A stretch of 63,618 nucleotides of DNA, the filler included, from Pirum gemmata (taxonomy: Eukaryota): assembly GCA_002812295.1 (NCBI GenBank). It is 21 parts of 21 records of this genome, joined end to end, with 100 filler letters (N's around TTAATTAATTAA, not from the genome) between each part and the next. Parts side by side here need not be neighbours in the genome. Positions count along the whole stretch, not along the records: positions 20,798 to 23,572 come from PDIN01004611.1; positions 23,673 to 26,478 come from PDIN01004612.1; positions 26,579 to 29,363 come from PDIN01004613.1; positions 29,464 to 32,274 come from PDIN01004614.1; positions 32,375 to 35,664 come from PDIN01004615.1; positions 35,765 to 38,553 come from PDIN01004616.1; 15 more parts are not named here. One strand, given 5' to 3'. Both the position numbers and the translations under genes were made by a program. Below, piece by piece: positions 23,541 through 36,203 of the stretch; within the stretch, counting starts at the first letter, position 1, and the number at the start of each line of letters is the position of its first letter. Below the pieces are notes generated by a model. That model was not told the origin of the DNA and ran no database searches. It was given only the letters and a program-made list of their open reading frames with translations.

Positions 23541-23572
<32 letters not shown>
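21292..23572 (+). CDS. Partial multi-exon gene for an acidic coiled-coil/DN-repeat protein: exon 21292-21403 spliced (phase 2) to exon 23059->23572
   Basis: tttaag|GTGTTTTCC..GATGA|gtaagt joined to aaacag|AGAAGAAGGG reads ..ISSDE-EEGSELTTGIPITSE..RLAEYQSALKTLNENIKALEAELDD in frame. No family recognised. Confidence 0.6.
21420..21745 (+). repeat. Intronic telomere-like G-strand array (TTAGGG/TTAAGG variants)
   Basis: Direct reading; starts ~15 nt after the donor at 21404. Confidence 0.9.
21771..22110 (-). mobile_element. Degenerate copy, plus partial tandem duplicate, of MITE family C
   Basis: Reverse-complement similarity to 58153-58382 (gggaaaacataatcgaatcaaac...cgaactagtctcgattcgatg). Confidence 0.8.
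22120..23130 (+). repeat. Tandem array of 8 units of ~120-140 bp, each carrying an intron 3' end plus the start of the following exon
   Basis: Acceptor AG ends at 22166, 22292, 22416, 22548, 22688, 22813, 22939 and 23058, each followed by AGAAGAAGGGTCAGAACTAA or a close variant. Confidence 0.92.
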
Positions 23573-24249
23573 NNNNNNNNNNNNNNNNNNNNNNNNNNNN
23601 NNNNNNNNNNNNNNNNTTAATTAATTAANNNNNNNNNNNNNNNNNNNNNNNNNNNNNNNNNNNNNNNNNNNNATAATATATTATTATTGTTACTATTAAT
23701 AGTAATTTTAATTAATATGAAAATACAGATTTTGAGCCATTTTTATTGCAGTACATTCCGCGTTGGTTGTTTATGTATCACATATAAAGTCATGTCTATT
23801 TAACCATTTAGTCATATTTAAAACGTCATTCACACATCCTAATAATTCATAATCATAATTTAATCCAAACAAAAGCGGGTTTGGTTGTTGTTGTTGTTGT
23901 TGTCGATGTCATTTATTTTATAACTTTTTATTTTTCTTTTCTTTTTTAAAGCTTCAAATACTATTGTAATAAATTTAAATATCAAAGGAAAAGTGTATTG
24001 TCCGTTTTTCAAGAACTTTATATTAATATATAAAAAAATTCATATTCTATGTCTGTTAATAAATATCAAGGATGTTTGAATCGAAAACAGCCGGGTGGAG
24101 GGCGTGTCGGGAGAACATTATTTCGATAAGGTTCTACAATCATATATAATATGCTAATGAAGCTAATGAAGCTAATGAAGCTAATGAAGATTATTATTAT
24201 TAATAATGTTATGGTTAATATTATAATAAATTTTATTTAGTACTTTTAT

Positions 24250-24993
24250 TTACATTAAATTTTCAATTGAGAGTGGACTAAGAATTGGGTTTATGATAAC
24301 ATTAATACTATTTTTTGTAGTGTCGCTATGGCTCTTTGGTGATAATTGAACAGGTAAATATGAACTAGTAGAGAAATTATTTTCAAAATGAAAACTAAAA
24401 TTACTAGATGGTTCTGGATGTATATAAGAATTTAAAGTATCAGCCCATATAATATGTTTAAAAAATTCAGGTTCTAAACCTTGTGTAATATAAGCGTGAA
24501 CCTTTTTTCTATAAATATAGCATAAATCCAATTCCCTTTTCGTTAATATTATTTTTTCCATTATTCCTAGTCTTACTGCGTATTTTTTGATAAACCCAAA
24601 CCAAAAATGACCTAAAACCCCACTTAGATCACTTAATTTCCAATTTTTCACTGCATCGATATCAGCATCACTGTATTGTGTAAAAGGAGCCTTGCCTAAC
24701 ATTTCTAATGCCATGTAATCAATGTCATGACCTCTACTAATGTATTCGTTGTACGAATGAGGTTGACCTAAAAGAGAGTTGTTAGGGCCTGTGAAATGTC
24801 CTTCTATTTCTTTAACATCAGGATGTAACAAAGTTTTTTGTGCTAATTTTGCTAATCCTTTTAATTGTGTTATGCTTCTTTTTATAATGGGATTCCATTG
24901 TTTAATATAATTAGTATTTTTTAAAAAAGTAAGATTGTAGGCTATAGTTGTTGATATTGTAAATATTAAAACAATACGCGTCCCTAACTGCAT
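24250..24993 (-). CDS. Hypothetical secreted protein (247 aa)
   Basis: Intronless ORF with a signal-peptide-like N-terminus and a dibasic KR after a short pro-region. No family recognised. Confidence 0.7.
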   Translation of the reverse strand: MQLGTRIVLIFTISTTIAYNLTFLKNTNYIKQWNPIIKRSITQLKGLAKLAQKTLLHPDVKEIEGHFTGPNNSLLGQPHSYNEYISRGHDIDYMALEMLGKAPFTQYSDADIDAVKNWKLSDLSGVLGHFWFGFIKKYAVRLGIMEKIILTKRELDLCYIYRKKVHAYITQGLEPEFFKHIIWADTLNSYIHPEPSSNFSFHFENNFSTSSYLPVQLSPKSHSDTTKNSINVIINPILSPLSIENLM

Positions 24994-26775
24994 AATTGAA
25001 TATAGTATTACAATATGATATACAATATAAAGTTATTTTAATAAATTTGTTATTATATAATATATAAATTTATAATATGTAATTGTTGTTAGAAATGATA
25101 GTTAAAATTTTGATAAAATAGAATGAATTGTTAGTTTTGGAGCACTTTTTTTTTTTTGGTTTGTTAATTTGTTTTCGTGTTTTGTATTTATATATTTTTT
25201 GAAAAATAATAATAATAATTAATAATAATAATAAAGTATTAGTTCCACGTCAGCTTACATAATATATATAAATATAAATTACATATGGATAAAAGTCAGG
25301 GAATATATATGATATAGTTTTTGTTGATATTAATTTTATAATTAATGAATTGTTCTTTTTTCATATTTAATATTCTTTTTTATTATTTTTTTTCTTCTTT
25401 TTTTTTTTTTGAAGGGTTTGTGTTGGAGCGTGAAGGTCTCATGGTTTTTAGACATACCATGTTAGGTAATTTATGTACATAACGAAATTATTCATAATAA
25501 TATTATGATCATATTACATGCATCTCTCATTGTAACATATCGTATCATATCATAGTCATATCATACAACCTCACCCCCATCTACCTGTAAAATATCATGC
25601 TTTTCATTTATTTTGTCACTCTAAATATTTATTTGGAGGGTTATAATCTTTAAATTGACATTTTTAAACCAATACACAGATAATAAAATATATCAAAATA
25701 TATTAAATGGATTTATATTGTATTAATTTGGTACTATTTATTGTATATTTTATGATGACAGAACAATATATATATGTATAAGAGATGCTTTAATATCGAA
25801 GAAGTTTGGAAGACATGTGTTTGGATTAAAATTTTGTTTCACACTACTTTTAAGCTTTAGAATAAGTATTAATAATGATTTGATTCTCGTTGAGTTTATT
25901 GTAATTTGCATAGAAATACCATAAATATAGACTATGATTAATATTTGTGTTGTTCTTTAAGTTTAGTTCCTAATATTATCATTATTGATTTATAAATATC
26001 TATATCTTAATTAACTAGTAAAGAATAGAATAGCCATTATAACTATAATATCATAGTTTTTATGTGGCCCAGATTTCTAGTTCAGTATTGACATTGAAAA
26101 GGTTGTTTTCTGGATGTTTTTGAGTTATGGTAGTATCCATATGTGACTTTTCAGCATTTATGATAAGTCTTTTTGTGTCAATTCTCCTATTTTTTTAAAA
26201 AAATTAGTCTTTCTCATTTATTTATATTCTATAGATATTTCATAGGGGTTATTGAAGTTGTTATCATATCATTAAAAAAAAAGATTTTTGCTTTGAAATT
26301 ACTTTTATCATAGTACTTTTTGATTATGATATGATATTGTAAACTTTTTGACATTTTTGACTATTATTTATAATATGACTTTTTTGTAGTCTGTAGAGAC
26401 TCGAGAGAGTTTTTCCAGATTTTTCACTGACCATTTTTCGTGGCGTTAAATTTGGTGTGGTAGTAGAGTGGTAGTAGGNNNNNNNNNNNNNNNNNNNNNN
26501 NNNNNNNNNNNNNNNNNNNNNNTTAATTAATTAANNNNNNNNNNNNNNNNNNNNNNNNNNNNNNNNNNNNNNNNNNNNAGTGTAAGTTAAATATAAAAGA
26601 TCACAATGCTAATAACATTATTTTTAATATTATTAATGATAATAATAATACCAATAGTACCAGTAATATTATTGGTGATATTATTTTTAATAGTACTAAT
26701 AATAATAATAATAATAATAATAATCATAATCATAATCATAATCATAGTCATAGCCATAACCATAAAAAAAAAACA

Positions 26776-27494
26776 ATGGAAGGTACTTTAGAAACCGAGG
26801 GAAGCGAGATGGAAAATTTATACCTTGCTAATAAAAACTCTTTTGTAAACCAACGAAAGTATTCTTGGTTATGGTATTTTGCGATAGCTTTCCTTGCAAT
26901 AATTATTAATATACCATTTTTTATATTAGTGTTCAATATGGTTTATTTAGATATGGACAAATATATGAAAATTTTATTTGAATTATCTAGTTATGTTAAA
27001 ACTTCAGCTGAGATAATAGATGGATACCACGCCAGTATGGTCAAGGTTACAACTTACGCCCAATCCAACTATGAGCATTATGCAGAACAATTGGAATCGC
27101 TGAACAGAAAGTCAGAGTCCCTTGGTTTCTATGCTTATTATCCCAAACTGGAAACAAAAATACTTGATGAGAAAGAAAAAGAAAGGGTTTTCGAATCTGA
27201 TAATTTAGACTTAAAGGAAATATTCAAAAAATGTTATACTAAAACGATTTCCCAAAGCAATCCAGCATTACCTCATCACATTCAGTCACGTTTAGTTGCA
27301 CAGCAAATGCTTTGGTCACTGCATGTTATGGCCATGCCAACGAATGATAATGTTTTTAATTATTCCAGTCGAAATAAGTGTAAGTTAAATATAAAAGATC
27401 ACAATGCTAATAACATTATTTTTAATTTTATTAATGATAATAATAATACCAATAGTACCAGTAATATTATTGGTGATATTATTTTTAATGGCAC

Positions 27495-27528
<34 letters not shown>

Positions 27529-29241
27529 CTGTGGACAACTCTATCTGAAGAAGATGATAGTTACGAGAGCATTAACACGCAAGTGCGGGGTAAGCTAATA
27601 AATATAACAAACACTTTAAATGTTAAATTGAAAAAATGCCATGAATTAGTAAAGTTAATTTATTATAAGAACACCAACATATTAAATGGTGCTACGTCAT
27701 TTAATGCAGCCACTGTTAATGTTACAGTTAATTCTACTATCACTACTTTTGCGGTCACAATAAATAATGATAATATTGTTAGCAATAATATCAATCGAAG
27801 TAATACCAGCAACAGTAAAGAAAACATGAATAATGATAATTATAATATTTATATAAATAATAACGTTTTAGTTTTTTTCAAATCTCTTTTGGATGACATC
27901 AACGCAATTCGAATGGATTTTCTTTCAGAAATAAAGAGTTATTTCTATTTTGCTGTGGACTCCTTGGAGTGGGTGAATGTGTTTCCAGTGACAAACGAAT
28001 CAATAACCAAATTAATCGTCCGCTTTAAAGATCCGGGTATGTTTCGCCATCATCTTTTAAAATTAAAGGAAATTTATGAGCAGATTACAATTGAATATTT
28101 GGAATCCATTAATAAACTAACACGTAGTGCAAAGGTGACGAAAGTTATGAAGAAAAAAAGCTTTGTTACACTTTTACTATCATGTTTTCTAATACCGGGA
28201 GTTTTAACTTCTGTAATTACATTGGCTGTGTTAGGCATTACTATCAAATATAGAAAAACTAGTACATTTAAATCTAGAGGCATGATTTTCATTGTACACG
28301 TGTTTATCGCGACTTTTCTTTTACTTATTTCCACTTGGTCTATGATCATTGAGAGCTTTGTTACGTTTGTTTTTATGTTTGAAGGGCATTTGGTGATGGA
28401 GTCATGGAATTATTTTAATCATTTTGCCCCTTATTTTTTTTATAATTTATTAATGTTTTCTATTGTGTGTCGTACACGCATTATTAATATGGTTTTTAAC
28501 CAAAAATGTAAAATGAAAAATAACTTGGGTGTTGGGTTCGAGAAACTGACTACGTTGGAATTGATTAGAATTTACTTTCGACCTTTTATTTATCTTATAC
28601 CGTTGCATTTAGTTTGTATTTCTGGTGATATTTATGATCTGGTAAAAACGAAGCTTTATCAGGAGAAGACCATTCAATATTTGCCATCTTACTTTGGCTT
28701 TGTGTTGTTACAAACCGCATGGTGGTCTTCGTTACCTAGGTTACTTTCCAATATTCAAATTTTTATAATAGCCTACTACACTTGGAGAGTGAGAAAATCT
28801 CCTTTAGAATACTCACAATGTTTTGTTAACCTTAGGGTCATGTTGCTATCGTTTGCGTTATTTAATACTTGTTTTATTGTTACTCTTTTTCGTCCTTATT
28901 TAGTGCGTTACTACTCAATTTACATCTTTGTTTATCAAATGTTTATCATTATCTTTTTACTGGATAATTTAAATGATGCTTATTTTAGTTATCGTGAAAA
29001 TGAAAAACATAATAATCATAATCATACGCAAGATGTTGTTGTTGATGATGATGCTAATCAGAAGCACAGTGTTGTTGTCAACGATACCAATGGCCACGAA
29101 CGCAGCAAGAAGGAATTCAATCAAAGTCACAATATCCACAATGTTGATATTAATAATGAGTCGAATAGTACTAGTGTGAGCATGTTTTTGTCTACATCAC
29201 AATTTGGTTGTGATGAAGGTTTTAATAAAAAACCTCATTAA
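26776..29241 (+). CDS. Class-C-GPCR-like multi-pass receptor (N-terminal TM + large Asn-rich ectodomain + 7TM), 821 aa, intronless
   Basis: YRK...FKSRG..F, RTRIIN.VF and TWRVRKSP.EYS patterns resemble the 7tm_3 loops; paralogous to 33224-34831. Confidence 0.72.
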
Positions 29242-29260
29242 TTAGTATTGTTTTTTTTTA

Positions 29261-29291
<31 letters not shown>

Positions 29292-30059
29292 TAAAAGATT
29301 TTGATTTAGTCTATGTATACTTGCTGTTATTATATATTATCATTATTATTATTATTATTATTANNNNNNNNNNNNNNNNNNNNNNNNNNNNNNNNNNNNN
29401 NNNNNNNTTAATTAATTAANNNNNNNNNNNNNNNNNNNNNNNNNNNNNNNNNNNNNNNNNNNNATATATATAAAATTAAAATAAAATAAATAAATAAAAA
29501 ATAAAATGAAATAAAATAAAAAGGGGTTTAAAATACTCTTAAAATAAAAAATATCGATAAAATAAAATAAAATAGACTACAGCAATCAGAATTTTTTTTA
29601 TTAGCGGCCATACGTAGTAGTGGCCCTTATCCCGGTATTGTGAAGTTATCACAGATGGCATCAATACCGGGACAGCTACCAGCAGTTATCAGAAGTTACC
29701 GTAGTGGGACAATCACAAGTATAATGATAGTATATATATATATTTCTTTATTTATATCGATAAGTTATTACCTATATAATTATTATAGAGTATTATCAGA
29801 AGTTATTCCTGTTATATACGTAATATTGGTCTGTCTAGTAGTCTATAGTCTGATATAGCCTGCTAATAATTATCATACCTGGTATCACTACTAGGACTTT
29901 GATAGTACTCTAGTATTCTGGAATAGATATAATATTATCATATCTATACCCATGTTAGAACCTAAAACAACATTTTTCATTTTTTTTTTTAAAAAAGAAG
30001 TTATTAGGGTCTATTTCACAAATTTTGTGCAAATTTTGTACATATAGTGTAAATTTTGT

Positions 30060-30270
30060 AACTAATGAACCATCTGTTTTTTTAAATTCTCCTTCATCAT
30101 TATAGTTATCGTCTACCAACTCACTACCATAAACTTCACCAGACGGCAACGTTCGTTTTCCTTTTACATTAAATCATTAACCATCCTTCCACTATCCTTC
30201 CACTGACCCTCATATTGTATTTTATCTTAAAAAATCATTTTTCCGTGCCCACATCTTATAATATGACTAT
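30060..30270 (-). pseudogene. Degenerate MORN-repeat coding fragment
   Basis: RCGHGKMIF*DKIQY, GQWKD and GKRTLPSGEVYGSELVDDNYNDEGEFKKTDG spread over frames with stops. Confidence 0.5.
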
Positions 30271-30415
30271 ATTGGAATCAAAAATAAATTTTAAAGCTTT
30301 CAGATAAAAAAAAGTCGCCAAGTATACTTTTTTATTATTATTATAGCAAAGTATATTCAAATCATTTTTTAGTCATTTTTTTCATTGTCTGGAAAATCAA
30401 AAAAATTTCAACTTG

Positions 30416-30650
<235 letters not shown>

Positions 30651-31169
30651 ATTTCCTTGCCAAAAAAACATTATTTCCTTGCAAAAAGAACAACAAACTT
30701 TGAACTTTTAATAATAAGCACGAGTCTACGAAATTAATCTCCGAAAGTAAAGGTAAAAAAGAAAAAAAGCAAAATAAAGAAATACAATAACACTGCATAA
30801 CATTTTTTCCCCCTCATCTAACCTAACCCTAACCCTAACTCTGACCACAAAACCAACCGCTCTAACCAACTCTTAACTCTAACTCTAACTCTAACCCTTG
30901 TCACTTAACTCTAACCCTAATTTATGATAATCTTAGCCCTAGGAGTAGTAGACTTCACAAGAGCGCAAAAAGTTGAATGAAGACTTTTCACACAAACACA
31001 AAAACCAAAAAATATGAGGAAAAAACAAAACAAACAAAAACAAACAATAAAACAAGTTTAAGAACCATATCAAATGCCATATTTTATTTATATAATACTA
31101 GCTGCTGCATCACATGATAATGTCAATTCTAAGCTTTCATAATTCAATCCGAGGCAATCTAAAAGGGTA

Positions 31170-31708
31170 TTTTATTAAATATAAATATTACACTCTATCG
31201 TACTCTAAAATCATCGTATACTTTACTGCCATTTATTCCCATGATATACGTCAATTACTTCCATAATTGTACCACAGGTACACTGACATCATTGTCGTCA
31301 TCAAGCATTGATTGGTACCATTCAAATCGGCTAAACAAACAGCAAGTTTTAATAAATATAAACATTACACTCTATAGTACAATACTCTAAATCATCGTAT
31401 ACTTTCTACCATTTTCTCCATGGTATAAGTCAATTACTTCCACACTTGTATAAACCGTAGGCACACTAGCATCATTATTGTCATCAAGTATTGATTGGTA
31501 CCATTCAAATTGGCTAAACAAACAACCAGTTTTATTAAATATAAACATTACACCCTATAGTGCTCTAAATCATCGTATACTTTTCTACCATTTTCTCCAT
31601 GGTATACATCAATTACTTCCACACTTGTATAAACCACAGGCACACTAACATCATTATCTTCATCAATCATTGATTGGTACCATTCACATTGGCTAAACAA
31701 ACAACCAG
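31170..31708 (-). repeat. Three diverged ~180-bp tandem copies of the tyrosine kinase 3' end (last ~52 codons, stop and poly(A)-signal region)
   Basis: Units at about 31170-31347, 31348-31529 and 31530-31708 align with 31709-31888. Confidence 0.92.
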
Positions 31709-31726
31709 TTTTATTAAATATAAACA

Positions 31727-32211
31727 TTACACTCTATCGTACTCTAAATCATCGTATGCTTTTCCACCATTTTCTCCATGGTATACGTAAATTACTTCCA
31801 CACTTGTATAAACCGTAGGCACACTAACATCATTGTCGTCATCAAGCATTGATTGGTACCGTTCAAATTGGCCAAGTAAACAACCAGTTAACACTTGAAA
31901 ATCAGGACGATGTTTTGCAGTTAACGACCAACACTGTTTCATAATATCATAAATATCAGAAGGGCAATTATTTTGACTTAGAGTGTGCCCTGATTCAAGA
32001 TAAGGAAGTAGATTCCAAAGTTTGAGTTGTTTGTAAGGTTTCTTTGCAAAATTCATTATTTCCCACAATGTAATCCCAAAAGACCAAACGTCACATTGCG
32101 GTGTATATTTTAACTCCTGCAAAACTTCTGGTGCCATCCAGGCCAATGGTAATCTTTCTTTGCAGTTAACTCTGCAGTAATCTTGGTCATTCGAAAGGGC
32201 TTTTGATAAAC
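31727..32211 (-). CDS. Protein tyrosine kinase, last exon (subdomains VII-XI plus Tyr-rich tail)
   Basis: Acceptor ctaac..caccag| at 32212, then (DF)GLSKALSNDQDYCRV..RLPLAWMAPE, CDVWSFGITLWEI, PY, CP..IYDIMKQCW...RPDF. Confidence 0.92.
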
Positions 32212-33223
32212 CTGGTGTGGTTAAAGTTAGATATAGAGGTTAGTCGCTTGGGAGGGAAGAGGAAGGGGGAGGGGNNNNNNNNNNNNNNNNNNNNNNNNNN
32301 NNNNNNNNNNNNNNNNNNTTAATTAATTAANNNNNNNNNNNNNNNNNNNNNNNNNNNNNNNNNNNNNNNNNNNNAAATTAAATGAAATGGATTTATATAG
32401 TATTAATTTGGTACTACTTATTGCATATTTTATGACGACAAAATAACTGAAAAGCACGATATATACAAGGACTTCAAAATGTTCCATTTTCCAAATTTGG
32501 TAATCTATTATATAATTTTGGTTTTTTAATCAAATTTGGTATTTTATATCATAAAAATAGTAATTAAATTGAAAAAATATAGAGGGTTTTTTCTAAATTT
32601 TTTAAATATTATTTTAAAAAAAAAAAATTATTGGGATTTTTTTACATATGTAAAGTTTTTTTCAAATATGTAAATAATTTACCAAAGTAGGTAATAAATT
32701 AAAACCTTTGGTAATTTTAATTAAATTTGGAGTTTGAAATCTCAAAAATAGTAATTATTTTGAAAAAAATATTTTTAGGAGAAAATCCTTTCAAATTAAT
32801 TACTATTTTTGATTATTTCAAGTTATTATCCAATAATAATAATGGAAATCTTGTAAAGTTTTCCTAATTACAAAAAAAAATACCAATAACAATACAGAAA
32901 TAGCTATTCTTGTAATATTTTTTAGGAGAAAATTAATTACTATTTTTGATTTGAAAGGACTAATGGACTATCACTTTTAAAAAAAAAAAAGTAAAATAAA
33001 TAAATAAAATAAAATAAGTAGAAAAAATATTATTATGTAAGTTTTTTTTCTATTATCATACAATTTTTTTTTAATCATTACTTCTTTTTTTTTCAATTTT
33101 TGAATTTTTGCTAACCGAAATTTTTGAATTTTTCGATTTTTTTGAATTTTTGACAAAATATGAGATAGTTTTTTTTTTTGTTTTTTTATCGTTTTTATTC
33201 ATATTGATATTTTAATTTTAACT

Positions 33224-34831
33224 TTATACTACATCAATCGAGCCCATTTCCATATCAACCACTTGCATTCTGGCCATTTCATCATCAGCAGTACCATCAT
33301 AAACATCATTTTTATCCCCAAAATCAACATCAATATCCGCTTCCGTTAGCATTAGTTCATTCACCAACATAATATTTTTTTCCAATATAGTTTTCTCATT
33401 TTCCTCACAAGTACTTGTTCTGTAATTTTCTTTTTTAGAAGTGTAAGATTTAAGTGCCGTACCGTTTCTTGATTTCGATTTTGAGTAATGTGTGGTTTGG
33501 TTCATAATATAATGAACATATGTTAATTCACACAAAGAATCTAACAAGTACATTACAATAAAACTTTGAATTACATATTGAAAACCCAAGGTTCCGAACA
33601 TAGAATCCTTACCATAATCAGCATCAACAATATCCCAAATTATAACAATAGAAAACGCCACAACCATAAATAATGTACATCTTAGATTAGTAATAGCATC
33701 AGAAAATTGTGTTGGTGCATCTCTTAGTTTGTAAGTGTAATAAAGTAACCAAACAACGTAAAGATAAAAAATCAAGGCTGACGGGGAAGCACTTGACGGT
33801 TTTAAACTGGGAGAAATGGCTGGACCAAAGAAATATAGAATGGGTGAAATAATAGAAATAAAAAATAACAAAACATGTATCGGTATGATTTTGAAATATG
33901 ACCATTTCGATTTGATGTCAACATTACTTTTGATGTCGAAAGCGTGAAACACTAATCTCATGCGAGAAAGCACAGCACTCATAACGGAGTTCAGGCAAAA
34001 AATGGCTAGTATAACAGTAATCGCGGTCAGAACAACATAAGACTCAAAATTCTTACGAACGTCAATAACTTGGTTTAAGTAAGTTAATGTGAAAATCATT
34101 ATTACTACTAAACACAAAACTGCACTTACTAAAAAATGTACTAAAAATTGACATCCTCTACTTTTTACACTATGGCTATCTCTTTTCCATATAATGACAA
34201 CTATAATAACAAAAACAACAAAGAAATTGATACTAAAAGAACCTATAGACAAAGTGGCTAAATATGCAATATCACTTTCGAATTCTTCATTTGAAAGTTT
34301 TAGAGCTTGCATTTCTTGCAATAAAACGGCCAAAGGTGTTGTTTTAATCAAGCTGATGTCATTGTTATCACCTTTCTGAGAGACAATTTTGTTAAAACTT
34401 AACAACAACTTTGTTTTATCACTTTGTGGAATGGTAATCATTTGGTTTAAAATTGTTTTTCCGCCCAATAAGTTCAACTCCACAGTGGTTAAATTCACCC
34501 GAGCACCACTAGTATAATTTAAAATTTTAACAAAAACTTTTGATTTTTTTTCTATTATGGTGTTAGTTTCAGATAGTTTGTTGAGGTACACCGCTATTGA
34601 ATAGGGTCGTTTGGCACAACTGACTGCAAGAAAGGGTATGTTAATAGTTAAAACGAAAGCAAAAATGCCCAACCAAATAAACCAGCCATATTTTTGGTAA
34701 GGTTCTTTATGTTTTTTATGTTTATTATTTGAATTACTTTTATCATCATTTTTCTTGCTGTTGCTCATAAAGCTTTTTCTAGAAGTAAAAACGCTTGCCC
34801 TCCTCGGAGGTACTGATGAAGACGGGGACAT
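33224..34831 (-). CDS. Class-C-GPCR-like multi-pass receptor (N-terminal TM + ectodomain + 7TM), 535 aa, intronless
   Basis: KYGW..INIPFL, WKRD..VKSRG..F, RMRLVF.AF and YTYKLRDAPTQFSD..NLR; clear paralogue of 26776-29241. Confidence 0.75.
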   Translation of the reverse strand: MSPSSSVPPRRASVFTSRKSFMSNSKKNDDKSNSNNKHKKHKEPYQKYGWFIWLGIFAFVLTINIPFLAVSCAKRPYSIAVYLNKLSETNTIIEKKSKVFVKILNYTSGARVNLTTVELNLLGGKTILNQMITIPQSDKTKLLLSFNKIVSQKGDNNDISLIKTTPLAVLLQEMQALKLSNEEFESDIAYLATLSIGSFSINFFVVFVIIVVIIWKRDSHSVKSRGCQFLVHFLVSAVLCLVVIMIFTLTYLNQVIDVRKNFESYVVLTAITVILAIFCLNSVMSAVLSRMRLVFHAFDIKSNVDIKSKWSYFKIIPIHVLLFFISIISPILYFFGPAISPSLKPSSASPSALIFYLYVVWLLYYTYKLRDAPTQFSDAITNLRCTLFMVVAFSIVIIWDIVDADYGKDSMFGTLGFQYVIQSFIVMYLLDSLCELTYVHYIMNQTTHYSKSKSRNGTALKSYTSKKENYRTSTCEENEKTILEKNIMLVNELMLTEADIDVDFGDKNDVYDGTADDEMARMQVVDMEMGSIDVV

Positions 34832-35185
34832 ATTATCAGGTTTTGGGGTTTTTTGTTTTGTATGATTATATATTATAATTTTATATATTTAGACTTATTT
34901 GGCCTATTATTTCAAAACAAGAATATTGTAAAGGTAATACCAATGAATATTGTAAAGGTAATACCAATAATGATAATAATAATAATAATAATTAATAAAA
35001 AGTAATAATAGTAATAATAACACAATAATAATAATAATTTACAACAATACCATTTTCATCAAGAATTGTAATAACATTAGCAATAATAATAATAATTATT
35101 ATAATAATAATAATAACGTATAATANNNNNNNNNNNNNNNNNNNNNNNNNNNNNNNNNNNNNNNNNNNNNNNNNNNNNNNNNNNN

Positions 35186-35664
35186 CCTTAACCCTTAACC
35201 CTTAACCCTTAACCCTTAATCCCCAACCCCTAACTCTAACCCTATCTAACCTTAATTAATCTTAACCCTAACCCTAACCCTAACCCTAACCCTAACCCTA
35301 ACCCTAACCCTAACCCTAACCCTGACCCTGACCCTGACCCTAACCCTAACCCTGACCCTAACCCTTAAAGGTGAGTACTGTCATATTTAGTATTGACGGT
35401 TCCTTTGCAGCAAGCACGTCTATGACTGGAGTAGATCCAAAGTTACAGGCTCGAGCATTAGACACGGCTCGAGTTTGGTCTTCAAAAGGATTTTTTTTAT
35501 TATATGTAAGTAGTAGATTAGATATCCAGCAAGATAATGTTTTAAATTGGTTAGCTCGTCATTCTTTTCCTTTAGGTACGGTTATTTTACCTAACCTAAC
35601 CTTAACCCTTAACCCTTAACCCTTAACCCTTAACCCTTAACCCTTAACCCTTAAACCTTAAACC
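35186..35664 (+). repeat. Telomere-like CCCTAA/CCCTTAA/CCCTGA arrays filling both introns around the LNS2 exon (35186-35368 and 35590-35664)
   Basis: Direct reading; the upstream array runs right up to the acceptor AG. Confidence 0.92.
35371..35575 (+). CDS. PITPNM: Internal exon encoding the LNS2 (HAD-like) domain of a membrane-associated phosphatidylinositol transfer protein (PITPNM/Nir/rdgB type)
   Basis: VIFSIDGSFAASTSMTGVDPK..A.D..R.W...G..LLYVS.R.D.Q...V..WLA.H.FP.G, bounded by aag| and |gtacgg. Confidence 0.82.
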
Positions 35665-35764
35665 NNNNNNNNNNNNNNNNNNNNNNNNNNNNNNNNNNNN
35701 NNNNNNNNTTAATTAATTAANNNNNNNNNNNNNNNNNNNNNNNNNNNNNNNNNNNNNNNNNNNN

Positions 35765-36061
35765 ACCCGGATAAAATGGGAGCGACATCCGCCATAGTCT
35801 ATGAGCTCAAAAATCCAAAATCTCAAATTGATCTGAAGTATGATACTACAAGACTTAGTTATATACTACATTATTAACATTAGTAGTATTAGTAGTCTAT
35901 TGTATTCTACTATATCAAATTTTGAGAAATCATCTAACTAAGAAACTCTGGTATGAACCAATGGCTAGTTTTTTTAAAAAAATAATTTGGCTAGTTAGCA
36001 TTTTAAAAAAAAAGGTTTTTAGGAAAGAAATCTAAAAAAAAATGATTTCTACAGTTTTATC
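35765..36061 (+). mobile_element. Arm of the 1698-2430 foldback element, ending ~12 bp upstream of a TATAAAT box
   Basis: gagctcaaaaatccaaaa..tatgaaccaatggctagttttt..atgatttctacagttttatc matches 2250-2430. Confidence 0.75.
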
Positions 36062-36203
36062 TGGTTTAGCAGGTATAAATATCACGAGAAAACAACAATC
36101 ACGCAGCAAAACAAAAACAACAACAATAAAACTTTCAAAAAAAATAAAAAAGAAAAAAAAGAAAATAGCAATAATTTAAAATATAATTCAACAAAACACA
36201 ACA

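Noticed and set aside
26579..26750. Copy of an internal piece of the GPCR-like gene (27377-27530) placed just upstream of its start
   Set aside because: It lies at a contig edge and ends in an AAT microsatellite. It may be a mis-join or allelic fragment and cannot be interpreted without reads.
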